From NCBI GenBank assembly GCA_963845565.1, contig CAWJSJ010000002.1:32001-96000 (forward strand): a stretch of DNA of 64,000 bases. The letters run 5' to 3'. The DNA is from an uncultured Methylomirabilota bacterium. Lineage in GTDB: Bacteria; Methylomirabilota; Methylomirabilia; Methylomirabilales; 2-02-FULL-66-22. The notes beneath the pieces are model-generated. The model made no database searches and was not told the origin of the DNA. It saw nothing but the letters and a program-made list of their open reading frames with translations. Position numbers and translations under genes: made by a program. Positions 41,155 through 51,334 of the stretch are shown in pieces. Every line of letters begins with the position of its first letter. Position 1 is the first letter of the stretch.

Positions 41155-41355
41155 TTAGCGGTCGGGGAGGATCGTCTTCACGCGGCCGACAACTCCGTCG
41201 ACCAGACGCACCTTGATGCCGTGAGGGTGGGTCGCCGACTTGGTAAGAATCTCGTGCACGATGCCTTCAGTCAGCTCCCCTGAACGCTGATCCTGTTTCC
41301 GGACAACCTGCACCCGGGTTCCCGGAGTGATGTCAGCCCGTGTCTTGCCGTCCAT
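41155..41355 (-). CDS. YwbE (DUF2196) family protein
   Basis: KQDQRSG.LTEGIV..ILTKS..HPHGIKVRL..G.VGRV. Confidence 0.9.
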   Translation of the reverse strand: MDGKTRADITPGTRVQVVRKQDQRSGELTEGIVHEILTKSATHPHGIKVRLVDGVVGRVKTILPDR

Positions 41356-41530
41356 CTGTCTGTAGTCTCTCGCCTGGCCGGTCCATCACACGACGCCCGC
41401 CGCGCCCTGTCGCTAGGCCTGTGCGGTGCGAGCGGACTCGCTAACTCGTTGCCAAAGTATAGGAGGTCGGCATCAGAAATCGAGCTGCGACGGGAATCGG
41501 CATGGGGTCGCACGCAACGCTTGTGTCCGA

Positions 41531-41644
41531 TTACGGGGTACTCTTCTGCTGCTTGTCTCGCTTTTCTTTCACTCTTTGGTCTTGTCGTTGCGTCATCTGT
41601 TTCTGGCTCTTTTGCTTGTCCTTCTTACCGCCCTTGTCTCCCAT
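41531..41644 (-). CDS. 37-aa Lys/Gln-rich basic small protein (absent from the ORF track)
   Basis: MGDKGGKKDKQKSQKQMTQRQDQRVKEKRDKQQKSTP; RBS GGAGAGGAG. Confidence 0.7.
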   Translation of the reverse strand: MGDKGGKKDKQKSQKQMTQRQDQRVKEKRDKQQKSTP

Positions 41645-41725
41645 CACGCGTCTCCTCTCCTGTTGCCGGCCATCGATTCACGTTTGGGGCGCTGGCGTAT
41701 GGTTTCTGCCGGACCCGGCCCGACG

Positions 41726-42127
41726 CTAATTGACGCGAGGATTGTCGGGCATGCGGTCGACGTGCGTCCTTATGAGGGTCAGGAAGGGGACGCGAAGAGT
41801 CTGCAGATATGCCAGCGCCTGCGGGTTGTTCTGGTATTCGACAAAGGGCTGGAGATGATATTCGATGCTCTCGCATCCGAGGCGGGCGCCCACGATACCG
41901 ATGGGGTGGCCGCCGCCGCGAATGAGGGCATTCAGATCGCTGACGGGATCGTCGTCGATCGCAAAGACGAACTGCGTGACGTCGCCGTTCACCACCGCGA
42001 TGGCGGCCAGGGTGAGGTCCGTCGCCCGCACCCGCAACTCGACGACGAGATCCGTGGTGGACCGCAGGGAACGCGCAGGCCGCCGGGCAGCCGGCGTGGC
42101 CTCCTCGGGAACCTCTCCGGTTGACAT
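41726..42127 (-). CDS. Hypothetical protein
   Basis: Protein-like ORF filling the gap between co-oriented genes; no motif recognised. Confidence 0.55.
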   Translation of the reverse strand: MSTGEVPEEATPAARRPARSLRSTTDLVVELRVRATDLTLAAIAVVNGDVTQFVFAIDDDPVSDLNALIRGGGHPIGIVGARLGCESIEYHLQPFVEYQNNPQALAYLQTLRVPFLTLIRTHVDRMPDNPRVN

Positions 42128-42246
42128 AGGAGGACGGTAGCACGCTAAGGGAAAGAAACCTACCAAAGGATTGCACGCTGGTCAGAAAGGCGGCCGATGC
42201 GGCGCGTTGGTTTCCGGACGCAAGGCGCGCCCACCTGGTTGACGCG

Positions 42247-42924
42247 TCAGAACGCACGCCCGGCGAGCCAGATGGTGTGCCGCCGTCCCTTGCGGGAGTC
42301 GTGCGCCGGCGCCCGGACCTCGTCCACAGTGAACCCCGCCCGGCGCAAGCGCTGGACAAACACCGGATGGGGTCCGGAGGACCAGACGCCCAGCACCCCC
42401 GCCGGACGCAGCGCCGCGTGGGCCGCCTCCAGCCCTGGCCGAGCGTAGAGCCAGTCGTTCTCTTTTCTGGCCAACCCCTCGGGGCCGTTGTCCACATCCA
42501 GCAGAATCGCGTCGAAGGCCTGGCGTTCCACACGCAGGATCAGGGCGACATCCACCTCGCGCACGGTGACCCGGGTGTCCAGCAATGGGTGGCCAGCCAG
42601 AGGCGCCAGGGGCCCGCGGTTCCACGCCACTACCGCCGGCACCAATTCGGCCACGAGGACGCGCCCGTCGGGCCCGAGGCGGCGCAGCGCGGCGGCCAGG
42701 GTGAACCCCATGCCCAGTCCACCGATCAGGATCCGGGGGCGGGGACGGCCGGCGACGCGCGCACACGCCAGGTCGGCCAGCACCTCCTCCGATGCGTGGG
42801 CGCGGCTGTTCATCAACTCCCGGTTGCCCACACGGATCGAGAACTCCTCGCCCCGTCGGTACAGGCAGAGCTCGCCGCCGTTCCCAGGCACCGGCGCACT
42901 CTCCAGGAATTCCCAGGGAATCAT
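42247..42924 (-). CDS. Spermidine synthase-like SAM-dependent methyltransferase
   Basis: ELMNSR.H.SE, LIGGLGMGFTL, ILLDVDNGP. Confidence 0.85.
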   Translation of the reverse strand: MIPWEFLESAPVPGNGGELCLYRRGEEFSIRVGNRELMNSRAHASEEVLADLACARVAGRPRPRILIGGLGMGFTLAAALRRLGPDGRVLVAELVPAVVAWNRGPLAPLAGHPLLDTRVTVREVDVALILRVERQAFDAILLDVDNGPEGLARKENDWLYARPGLEAAHAALRPAGVLGVWSSGPHPVFVQRLRRAGFTVDEVRAPAHDSRKGRRHTIWLAGRAF

Positions 42925-43048
42925 CTAGGCCTCACGGATTCAGGGGGCGGCGCGGCGTCAAGCGGTTCCCACGGATGGCTCCGTATCGATCCGGGTACCG
43001 TCGCCGACCCGAAGGACGGAAGGTCTATGCGGGCCACAACGTACGAGG

Positions 43049-44008
43049 TTACTGCCGAAGGGCGGGAACGGCGCGAGCGCTCACGGGAAGGACGCCGGAC
43101 AGCTCGGTCGCCACCTCCGGCCTCGTGAGAAACGGTCGAATCTGTCCGGCCGGAACCACGAAGGTGGCGCCAGGGACCGGAAACTTGAGTGCATAGTTTT
43201 GCGTCTGATCTTTCACGGCAACGGAGACGGTTTGGTGGCCCTGAACGATGCCGACGAGACGGCCCGTCTCCACGTCAAAGACCCCGCCGCCGCTGACGCC
43301 CCGGGGTGCGGCGGCATCGATCACGATCCGCTGCTCCGCTCGCTCGGCCGGAATGCCGTTCTCGATCTCCGAGAGCGGGAGTTGACTGACGATCCCCCCG
43401 GAGATCCCAAGCCGCTGTCCCTCGGGAAACCCGACCACCAGGATCGGCTGCCCGAGGCGAATCCGACCATCCGTCGCGAGCAGGGCTGGGGCCGCGGCGA
43501 GGCCCGGAACGCGGAGCAGGGCCAGATCCAGCGTGTCGCGCGTTCCCTGGCTGATCACCGTCGCTGCAAGTTTGCCGTGCGCGGCATCCGGTCCGCAAAA
43601 GCCCACGAAGATCGTGACCCCACCCCCTCCTGGAATCGCGTGTGCGGCCGTCAAGACATAGGAGACCGCCTCGGCGTTCTGGGTGGCAGGCCTGGAGGCG
43701 ATGACGACCCCAGAGGCGAACGCCACAAGGCGAGCATCCCGCTCGACCGCAATCTTGACCGTGCTGGTGACAATCCGGTCGATCAGGTCTTGGCGGGCAG
43801 TAGGGGCCGTCTGCAGGTTTGCAGCATTCGGCGGAAGCTGCGCGCAACCGACGGCGAGCGACAGGATCGCGGCCGCACTGAAATACGCCAGACGAGTTCC
43901 AGTGCGCGGGAACCGGGAGAAAGCCACAGGAGCGCAAAAGTGTGGGCGGCCTGTGGGAAAGCTCGCAGAACGCTCGGTACAATTCCCCCAAGGTTTTTTC
44001 AACATCAT
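43049..44008 (-). CDS. Trypsin-like serine protease, probable lipoprotein (start uncertain)
   Basis: Lipobox LAVGC; triad LTAAH, DLALL, GVSGGG. Confidence 0.85.
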   Translation of the reverse strand: MMLKKPWGNCTERSASFPTGRPHFCAPVAFSRFPRTGTRLAYFSAAAILSLAVGCAQLPPNAANLQTAPTARQDLIDRIVTSTVKIAVERDARLVAFASGVVIASRPATQNAEAVSYVLTAAHAIPGGGGVTIFVGFCGPDAAHGKLAATVISQGTRDTLDLALLRVPGLAAAPALLATDGRIRLGQPILVVGFPEGQRLGISGGIVSQLPLSEIENGIPAERAEQRIVIDAAAPRGVSGGGVFDVETGRLVGIVQGHQTVSVAVKDQTQNYALKFPVPGATFVVPAGQIRPFLTRPEVATELSGVLPVSARAVPALRQ

Positions 44009-44084
44009 GGCTCCTGGTGCCTATAATTCCAAACGGTTACGCTTCTATCAGGATCATGACACAATCTCGCACAAACTAATATTT

Positions 44085-44100
44085 TGCAACAACGATGCCA
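44085..44100 (-). promoter_or_regulatory. Sigma54 promoter of the serine protease gene
   Basis: TGGCATCGTTGTTGCA = GG-N10-GC. Confidence 0.7.
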
Positions 44101-44429
44101 GCATCCGGTGAACCGAGCTCGTTGGGGATTTTGTAACGATTTTAGACGGTTAGACACCAACGAGGCTTGGCCACAGTTCCGGAGTACTCGCTTGCTCGTC
44201 GATCGGGTTCCACCAATTCCCCAGGAACTTTTGGGTTGACAAACGAGAGTGTTATAGTCATCTTTCAATACACGACACCCAGTGGACCCGATCCCGCGTC
44301 CCCAGTCGCCTTCCGTTTCGCCCTCCGCCAGAACAACTCTCCAGAGCGTGCGGAGGCCGGTAGTGGCAGCGAAGGACGACGCAGCGATCGGTGAACGTCG
44401 GTAAACGATAGAAAGAAAGGGAGGGGAAC

Positions 44430-44765
44430 ATGAAGACTTCGAGATTGGCGGTTGTGGTGGCGTTGCTCCTGGTTGGTACCTCCGCGTTCGCCCAGACGGC
44501 GACGCAACCCGCCGAGCCCGGAAATATGCCGGAGGGGGGGTATCACCAGACAGAGATGTCGGTCACGGGCAGGATCACGGAACTTGATCTGTCCGCTGGA
44601 ACCGTGACCCTCGACAACGGGACGGAGTTTACGCTCGCGCCGTCCCTGCAGTTCACGAGCTTCCCGGCCGTGGGGCAAGAGGTCGAAGTGCTGTACGACG
44701 AGCAGGGAGGGAAGCGAGTGGCGCGCTCAATTGACCAGAGCCTGCGAGGCGGGAACTCCGACTAA
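44430..44765 (+). CDS. Secreted small beta-barrel protein (DUF1344-like)
   Basis: Signal peptide ending AFA; GRITELD..GTVTLDNGTEF, GQEVEVLY; RBS GGAGG. Confidence 0.75.
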   Translation: MKTSRLAVVVALLLVGTSAFAQTATQPAEPGNMPEGGYHQTEMSVTGRITELDLSAGTVTLDNGTEFTLAPSLQFTSFPAVGQEVEVLYDEQGGKRVARSIDQSLRGGNSD

Positions 44766-45398
44766 CCCGTGGGGCACCCAGTGAAACCTAACAAAGGCCA
44801 AGATCCGAGTCTCGATCGCCTAACCGGAACGGCCTGGCACACTGCGCAGGCAGGGACGGGGACGCGGAGAACGGTCCACTCGGGGTCGTGATGCGGCGGG
44901 ACGGGGGGCGGCCGCTGCGGGAGCAGCCGGCAGGTCAGACGACAATGTCGTTCGCGGAACTGCTTCGTGGCGGCGCCCTCCGTTTCGCTGTAGACGTCAG
45001 GCGAGAATCCATCGTTTCCCACTTCCGGCCAGAATGACCTATTCGACATGACGGGATTGACTCCCACCCCTTCGGGACGGCTTCGAGATCCCTCCAGCGT
45101 CGAACTTGACAAACGCCTGACATGCTTCGTAACAAGATGCCCTGGGACCGTCGGTCGGCGCGGAGGGGGTCTTGTGTCGCTCGGCGCGGTGTCTGCAGGA
45201 CTCGGCGCGAACCCCGTCCTGCCTCTCCGGCCCCGCACTCAGCGCCCACGGAGCACTTCTGCCTCTCGCGGATGGGCACGCCTTCCGGTCGGCAAAAAAG
45301 CACACTAGAGAACCCGCGCGATTTCCGGTATGTTCAACGGGCAACTGGGACCGAGGAACCCGCGGTTTCATGCGACACCGTCGCCATCGGAGGCAATC

Positions 45399-46121
45399 AT
45401 GCCGAGAATCATGACGCCGCTTATCGATCGGACCGAGGTGGCCGAAGGCACTGTGGCATTCGCCCTGGAACGGCCGGCCGGCTTTGATTTCAAGGCCGGC
45501 CAGTATGTGGTCATGGTTCTGCCCAACCCCCCGCATACCGACGCGGAGGGCAACCGCCGGGTGTTCTCCATTGCCTCCCCGCCCCAGGACACCAAGCGCC
45601 TCGTGATCACCACACGCATGACCGGCACCGCATTCAAGCGGAGCCTCGCCGAGGTGCCGCTCGGGACACCGGTGGACCTTTCCGGGCCCGCGGGGACCTT
45701 CGGCCTCTCTGCGGATGCCTCCCTCCCGGTGGTGTTCATCGCGGGCGGAATTGGGATCACCCCGTTTCGCAGCATCGTGCACGACGCTGCGAGCCGACAC
45801 CTCCCGCATCGGATCACCCTCATCTACTCGAATCGTACGCCGGCAGGCGCGGCTTTCCATGACGAGCTTGTCCGTCTCGCCCAGACCACCCCGAATCTCA
45901 CCTATGTGCCGACGATGACCCAGGTAGAGGCCGGGCAGCCGTGGGACGCAGAACGACGGAAGGTCAGCGCGGACTTTCTGCGCAGCTACATTCCGGAGAT
46001 CCCCACCGCGATGTTCTACCTGGCGGGGCCGCCCGGGCTGGTGGCGGGGGTCACCAAGGCCCTGAGCGACGCGGGCGCCGATCCGGCGCGAGTCCACTGT
46101 GAGGAATTTGCAGGATACTAG
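45399..46121 (+). CDS. FAD/NAD(P)-binding oxidoreductase (FNR family)
   Basis: FKAGQY, RVFSIAS, IAGGIGITPF, YLAGP, EEFAGY. Confidence 0.9.
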   Translation: MPRIMTPLIDRTEVAEGTVAFALERPAGFDFKAGQYVVMVLPNPPHTDAEGNRRVFSIASPPQDTKRLVITTRMTGTAFKRSLAEVPLGTPVDLSGPAGTFGLSADASLPVVFIAGGIGITPFRSIVHDAASRHLPHRITLIYSNRTPAGAAFHDELVRLAQTTPNLTYVPTMTQVEAGQPWDAERRKVSADFLRSYIPEIPTAMFYLAGPPGLVAGVTKALSDAGADPARVHCEEFAGY

Positions 46122-46245
46122 CGGACATGGCGACGGGGAGAGGCGGGAAGGCCCAACGCGGCCAGGCGACACAGACCACGCCCGTTCCCGCTGACGCTCG
46201 GGGCCGAACGCGTGGCGACGGCAAGACGGCGCCACGGATGCCGGT

Positions 46246-47298
46246 TCAGTCCGACGCCCCGGCCTTCACCGCCCACCGCAGTTTCGCGCTGGAGGAGCGC
46301 GGATTGGCGCGGCGCTCTTCCGCCGAAGGGCGCACCGGGTCGCGGGCAATGCGCTCATAGACCCCGTCGCGGTTCCCGGCCTGGAACGCCTTCTTGACGC
46401 GCCGGTCCTCGCCGGAGTGAAAAGTCAATATCGCCACGCGGCCGGCCGGTTTCAGGCACACGGGCAAGAGCGCCAGGAACTGCTCCAGGACGCGAAACTC
46501 GTCATTCACCGCGATGCGCAGCGCCTGAAGCGTGCGCTGCAGAGCCTTTCGTATCTCTTGCTGGCGGGTGGCCTCGGGGACCGTCGTCTGTAGCGCGCGG
46601 CGGACGAGGTGGGCAAGCTGGGTGGTCGTGGCGATGGGCTGGCCGTGGAGGGCGCGGGCGATGGCGTTCGCATGCGGTTCGTCCGCGTGTTCGACCAGCA
46701 GGTCCGTCAGGGCCGCTTCGCTGAGAGTGGACAGCAGCGCCGCGGCGGGCCGTCCCCGGTTGGGGTTGAGCCGGAGATCCAGTGGGCCGTCGGCCTTGTA
46801 GGTGAATCCTCGGGCGGGGTTATCGAGCTGCATCGACGAGACGCCCAGATCCGCCAGCACGAAATCCAACCCACCGCCGGCCTCGGGAAGCACGCGGGAG
46901 ATTCCGGCGAAGTTCATGCGCCGGACCACCAGAACCTCCTCGGAGAAACCCAGCCCGCGCAACCGCGCCTCGGTCCGGGGCAACTCCAGCGGGTCCACGT
47001 CGATCGCGAAGAGCCGCCCGCCCGGCAGGATGTGCGGCAGGATCTCCTGAGCGTGTCCGCCGTAGCCCAGGGTCGCATCCACACCGACGTCTCCGGGCCT
47101 GAGATCCAGGACTTCCAAGACCTCCCGCACGCAGATGGGCCGATGCGTCCCCGCGGGCGTGTCGCCTCGCGCGCGGACCTTTTCAAGCTCCCGCGCGTGG
47201 CGCTCGGGGTCCAGTTCCTTGTACCGCTCCGCGTACCGGCGAGGATGGGTGCCCTGGTACCGCACCCGGCGTCGCCCATGCGGGCTGTCGTCGCCCAT
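46246..47298 (-). CDS. rsmH: RsmH/MraW-like 16S rRNA C1402 methyltransferase, N-terminally extended type
   Basis: DATLGYGGHA, DLGVSSMQLD..RGF, QALRIAVNDE, FHSGEDRRVK, NPRSSSAKLR. Confidence 0.88.
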   Translation of the reverse strand: MGDDSPHGRRRVRYQGTHPRRYAERYKELDPERHARELEKVRARGDTPAGTHRPICVREVLEVLDLRPGDVGVDATLGYGGHAQEILPHILPGGRLFAIDVDPLELPRTEARLRGLGFSEEVLVVRRMNFAGISRVLPEAGGGLDFVLADLGVSSMQLDNPARGFTYKADGPLDLRLNPNRGRPAAALLSTLSEAALTDLLVEHADEPHANAIARALHGQPIATTTQLAHLVRRALQTTVPEATRQQEIRKALQRTLQALRIAVNDEFRVLEQFLALLPVCLKPAGRVAILTFHSGEDRRVKKAFQAGNRDGVYERIARDPVRPSAEERRANPRSSSAKLRWAVKAGASD

Positions 47299-47596
47299 GC
47301 GCTGGTTGTCCTCCCCAACGATACGGACTTCGCGGCGGCGCGTCTCGCCTCCGAGGTTTCCTTTCGGTCCCCATCCACGCACCCGAGCCGGCCTGGCGTT
47401 GCCGCTGCGGCGGCCGCGAGCGTGTGACCTGGCGTGGCCCCGCACCGAAGGCGAGCCTACCGAGGGGCCTGCGGCATGTCAACGGCAAACGCCCCGATCC
47501 GGGCGCTCGCACGCGACGTTGGCCGCGCGAAAGGGGACGTGGCTCCCGGCTCGGCAGCGCGGTCGATGCGGCGCACCGCGATGCGGGCGGCGGGCG

Positions 47597-48868
47597 TCAG
47601 CGAGAAGCGGCGCGCGTCCCCTCGTCGCCATCCGACGGCGTGACGCCGCGCGCCGGGAAGCAACCGAGGAACACCAGGAAGGCGAGCGTCGCGGCGCCGG
47701 CTGCGCTGAATGCGAACGAGAACGAGACCGTGTCTGCCAGGAAACCGATAAGGGGCGGCACCGCGCCCGCGCCGACCAGTGTGGCGAACATCAGGACCAT
47801 CGACACGGCCACGTTTCGAATTGGAAGGGGAAACACCGAGGACAGGAGGGAGAATCCCGCCGGATAGAACGAGGCGGCAAACGCCGACTGGAGGAAGATC
47901 AAGGCCGGGGTGAACCAGGGGCCGCGCACGAGCCCGAGTACCACGGCGCAGATCCCTGCGGCTGCCAGAGAAAACAGGACCGTGCGCGGCCGGCCGATCC
48001 GGTCAGCCAGCGCGCCCGCCAGAAACACGCTGAAGAGTCCCGAGATGCGCGAGAGTCCGGTGATCAGATTGGCCGGCAAGCGTTCCATGCCCACGTCGCT
48101 CACCAGGAAGAGCGGCATCATGGTGTAGAGCCCGAGCCCCAACCCGATCGAGACGGCGAAGAGGCTCGCCACGCCCCAGAACGATCGATGCCGGAGGAGC
48201 CGTGCGATGATCGCCGCACTCGGCCGATGCGCGCGGGAGCTCCCGCCCAGCCCGGACATCAAAAACACCCCGCTGAGCACAATGGCCGGTGCGCCGATCG
48301 CACCCAGGACCCCCTGCCACGCGAAGAACCTCAGCAGAAACTCGGCGAGGAGCGGTGCGCAGATGTAGCCGAGATTGGGCCCCAGTTCGTGGATCGCCAA
48401 CGCCGTGCCCCAGGAGCCCTCCCGCGTATTCTCCGTCAGCACGGCGACGCCCGATGGGAGGTACAGGCCGGCGCCCATGCCGAGCACCAACAGCTCGGCG
48501 CGGATCCAGAAGAGGGAGGGAGTGAAGGCAATTGCGAGCAGCGCCGCTCCGAGCGTGATGCCCGACACGGCGATGGTGGCACGGTGGCTGAGCCGGCAAG
48601 CCACATGGCCCGAGAGAAACAGACCCAGACAGGACCCGACGGTCAGGAAGAAGTACAGTGCCCCCGCCCCGCCATGCCGTAACCCGAATTCGCGCTCGAT
48701 GACGGGCAGGAGTGGCCCTACGGACAACCGGGAAACGATGTTCAGAAAGAACAGTACCACCAGGAACGCGAGCAGGGCGACCGGGAACGGCGGCTGTGGG
48801 CCAGGCGGCCCGTCTTCGGGGCGTGCGGACTGAGAGCCCGGCTGCGGCGGTGTAGTCGTGAGGGACAT
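47597..48868 (-). CDS. MFS transporter
   Basis: About 12 hydrophobic segments; GALADRIGR motif. Confidence 0.88.
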   Translation of the reverse strand: MSLTTTPPQPGSQSARPEDGPPGPQPPFPVALLAFLVVLFFLNIVSRLSVGPLLPVIEREFGLRHGGAGALYFFLTVGSCLGLFLSGHVACRLSHRATIAVSGITLGAALLAIAFTPSLFWIRAELLVLGMGAGLYLPSGVAVLTENTREGSWGTALAIHELGPNLGYICAPLLAEFLLRFFAWQGVLGAIGAPAIVLSGVFLMSGLGGSSRAHRPSAAIIARLLRHRSFWGVASLFAVSIGLGLGLYTMMPLFLVSDVGMERLPANLITGLSRISGLFSVFLAGALADRIGRPRTVLFSLAAAGICAVVLGLVRGPWFTPALIFLQSAFAASFYPAGFSLLSSVFPLPIRNVAVSMVLMFATLVGAGAVPPLIGFLADTVSFSFAFSAAGAATLAFLVFLGCFPARGVTPSDGDEGTRAASR

Positions 48869-49206
48869 GCCTGCTGACGACCTCGGGAGCGATTGTCGGT
48901 CCTGGATGAATGGCCGCGACTCGGAGCCTCCGTCGCGAAGGGTGTCATAGCGCACGCCGTATTACCACGGAAAATCACCGTATCGTCCGGCGGTCGCGAC
49001 CGAACGATCCGCTTCGGCAGCCGCGTGTCGCGAGCGCGCTCGCAACACGCGTGGGCCCTCATACGGGCATGGCTTGCGGTTCTCGCCGCAGGAACCGTAC
49101 CGAAACGACGTGTCCAGATTTCTCCAGTTCAGTTATACTTTGGCATCGGCGTTCCGTCTCAGAATCGGATCTAGCGTTTCGTTCCCGAGCCGAAAGGAGG
49201 GAGCCT

Positions 49207-49701
49207 GTGAACCCCTACGCGAAATTCTTGGCGCACCGGGATCCGCTCACCGTCGCAACCGCCACGCCGGCGAGGATCGTTTCGCTGATTCGCGGGCTCG
49301 CCCCGCGGCAGCTGGCCAAGCGCCCGGCGCCGGGGAAGTGGTCCATCCAGGAGATCATCGGCCATCTGGCGGACACTGAGATGGTCATGGCCTGCCGGGC
49401 GCGCTGGATCGCATTCGAGAACCATCCCACCCTTGCCCCCTTCGACCAGGAGAAGTGGGCTGCCGGGCGCGCGCCCGAGAAGGAACCGATCGCCGAGACG
49501 TTCGAGCGATTTCGGCTCCTGCGGCGGTCGCAAATCCGGTTGTTTCGCCGGGCCTCCCCGCGGGGATTCCGTCGGACCGGATTCCACCCGGAACGGGGCA
49601 TCGTGACGTTGCGCGTGCAACTGGAGACACTCGCCGGACACGACCTGAACCACCTGGCGCAGATACGGCGACTGGCCGCACAATACACGGCGAGACAATA
49701 G
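49207..49701 (+). CDS. DinB-family protein
   Basis: PGKWSIQEIIGHLADTE, GHDLNHLAQI; RBS AAGGAGG before GTG. Confidence 0.88.
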   Translation: MNPYAKFLAHRDPLTVATATPARIVSLIRGLAPRQLAKRPAPGKWSIQEIIGHLADTEMVMACRARWIAFENHPTLAPFDQEKWAAGRAPEKEPIAETFERFRLLRRSQIRLFRRASPRGFRRTGFHPERGIVTLRVQLETLAGHDLNHLAQIRRLAAQYTARQ

Positions 49702-49907
49702 CTGCCGTTGCCCCGGGCGCGCCCCACCCAGATGGGCGAGGCACTCGATGGGCGCGGCGTGCAGCGGCAATCGTACCGTGGCTGTGGCGGTTTGGCATGT
49801 CAAGTCGGCCGGCAGGGGGGGGCGGGGGACGGGAACAGAAGGACCTGTCATCGGACCATCGGCGACGTGGCCGATGGCGCGGTGTCCGATGTGGGTGATG
49901 TGGCCGA

Positions 49908-50126
49908 TTACGGCTCTTGACGCGTTGGGGGCAGATCGAACTGCGGCGGCAACGGCTGCGGCCCGGGGACGATTCCGGCGATATCCGGATCTTCGCCGGT
50001 CATCGGGGAGATGGTCGCCCGACGTTCTTTGGTTTCGAGTCGACGCACATCCTTTTCCTTCCGTCGCTCCTGTCGGGCTTTTTCCTTGGCCCGCTTTTGA
50101 AAGCTCGGCCTGGAGTTCTTCGCCAT
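49908..50126 (-). CDS. Small basic conserved hypothetical protein
   Basis: SFQKRAKEKARQER...EDPDIAGIVPGPQP; RBS AGGAG. Confidence 0.75.
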   Translation of the reverse strand: MAKNSRPSFQKRAKEKARQERRKEKDVRRLETKERRATISPMTGEDPDIAGIVPGPQPLPPQFDLPPTRQEP

Positions 50127-50207
50127 CACTTCACTCCTGAAGCTGACTCCTCACGTTCGCCGTGCGGCAGCCCGCCGTCCGACGACCCGAGATTCCGGGC
50201 GCGAGCG

Positions 50208-50771
50208 TCACTCCTCGTCTTTGTTCTCCAGCTCAGCGCGGGCCCAGAAGGCGACATCGTCCGCCCCCTGATCGCCCTGGGAGTCGTCCACAGCTCCGGC
50301 GAAGAACTGCCCCCCGGTGCGCTCGCGGAGAGGCCCCTTGGGCGCCCGCTCTCCTTTCGAGCCGTAGCCTCTTGGCTTGCGCGTGCCGCGGCGCGGCGCG
50401 TCCGGGCCGAATGTCCGCGTCGGCTGATCCGGCCGCCCCGACCTTTCCGGCGCACCCGGCCCACTCGGCGCACTCGACCGCCCGAACGGGCCAGGACCAC
50501 TCGACCGGGGGCCGGCCCCCTCCTCCCGAGGGCGCGCCTCGTTGACGACCAGCGGCCTGCCCTTGAACACCTGCTGGTGAAAGCGCCGGACGGCCTCGTC
50601 GGCCTGGGCAGCCTCGCTGAATTCGACAAAGGCAAACCCTCTGGGCTTGCCCGTCTCCCGATCGGTGGGCATCCGCACCGACAGCGGCGCTCCGGCGGGC
50701 GCAAAGAACTCTTTCAACTCGGCTTCCGTCACATCATATGCCAGGTTACCCACGAAAACCCGAACCGACAT
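50208..50771 (-). CDS. RRM RNA-binding protein with Gly/Arg-rich tail
   Basis: VFVGNL (RNP2), RGFAFVEF (RNP1), GRPLVVNEARPRE. Confidence 0.92.
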   Translation of the reverse strand: MSVRVFVGNLAYDVTEAELKEFFAPAGAPLSVRMPTDRETGKPRGFAFVEFSEAAQADEAVRRFHQQVFKGRPLVVNEARPREEGAGPRSSGPGPFGRSSAPSGPGAPERSGRPDQPTRTFGPDAPRRGTRKPRGYGSKGERAPKGPLRERTGGQFFAGAVDDSQGDQGADDVAFWARAELENKDEE

Positions 50772-50907
50772 CGCTCCCCCTAGGGTTGCCCCTTGTGCGC
50801 GCACGAACTCCCCAGGTTTGTTTCATCCCGGTGTGCGCGTGGTAGGCCGGAATGAATGAAGAGACACCCGGCGTCCAGGGCGGATGTCTCCCTTGCGCTC
50901 TTCGTCC

Positions 50908-51120
50908 CTACCGAGCGATTTTTTTGACGTTCTCCGCCGCCGGGCCCTTCTGGCCCTGCACGATGTCGAACTCCACGCGGTCCCCCTCCGTCAGCGACTT
51001 GAACCCCTCGGCCTGAATCGCGGAGTGATGAACAAAACAGTCCTTCTGGTCGCCGTCCGGTGTGATGAAGCCGAAACCCTTACTGTCGTTGAACCACTTC
51101 ACGGTCCCTACGGTGCGCAC
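50908..51120 (-). CDS. Cold-shock protein (CspA family)
   Basis: [30 protein letters not shown]. Confidence 0.95.
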   Translation of the reverse strand: MRTVGTVKWFNDSKGFGFITPDGDQKDCFVHHSAIQAEGFKSLTEGDRVEFDIVQGQKGPAAENVKKIAR

Positions 51121-51160
51121 TGTGACACTCCCTTCGTTTCTGACGGTTAATGAAGGAAAC

Positions 51161-51188
51161 AAAAAAGGACCCTTCTCTTATCGGGTCC
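51161..51188 (-). terminator. Intrinsic terminator-like hairpin upstream of csp
   Basis: GGACCC-N10-GGGTCC followed by TTTTTT on the minus strand. Confidence 0.6.
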
Positions 51189-51238
51189 CTCTTGACCCCT
51201 GCCGCCCCAACGCGTTGACATGGCGGCGAGCGGGGTAA

Positions 51239-51267
51239 ACTATCCCAGACCCCACCGGCCCTGTCAA
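51239..51267 (-). promoter_or_regulatory. Putative sigma70 promoter of csp
   Basis: TTGACA-17 bp-GATAGT. Confidence 0.5.
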
Positions 51268-51334
51268 CCGAATTCCCACAACCGACCTGGGAGGGCCGGT
51301 CATGGCATCCCCCATTCCTCGTATACCTGCCGAC

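Noticed and set aside
44235..44258. TTGACA...TATAGT promoter
   Set aside because: The spacer is only 11 bp.
44762..45049. Small minus-strand ORF (MSNRSFWPEV...)
   Set aside because: Possible RBS but no motif and atypical composition; not supportable.
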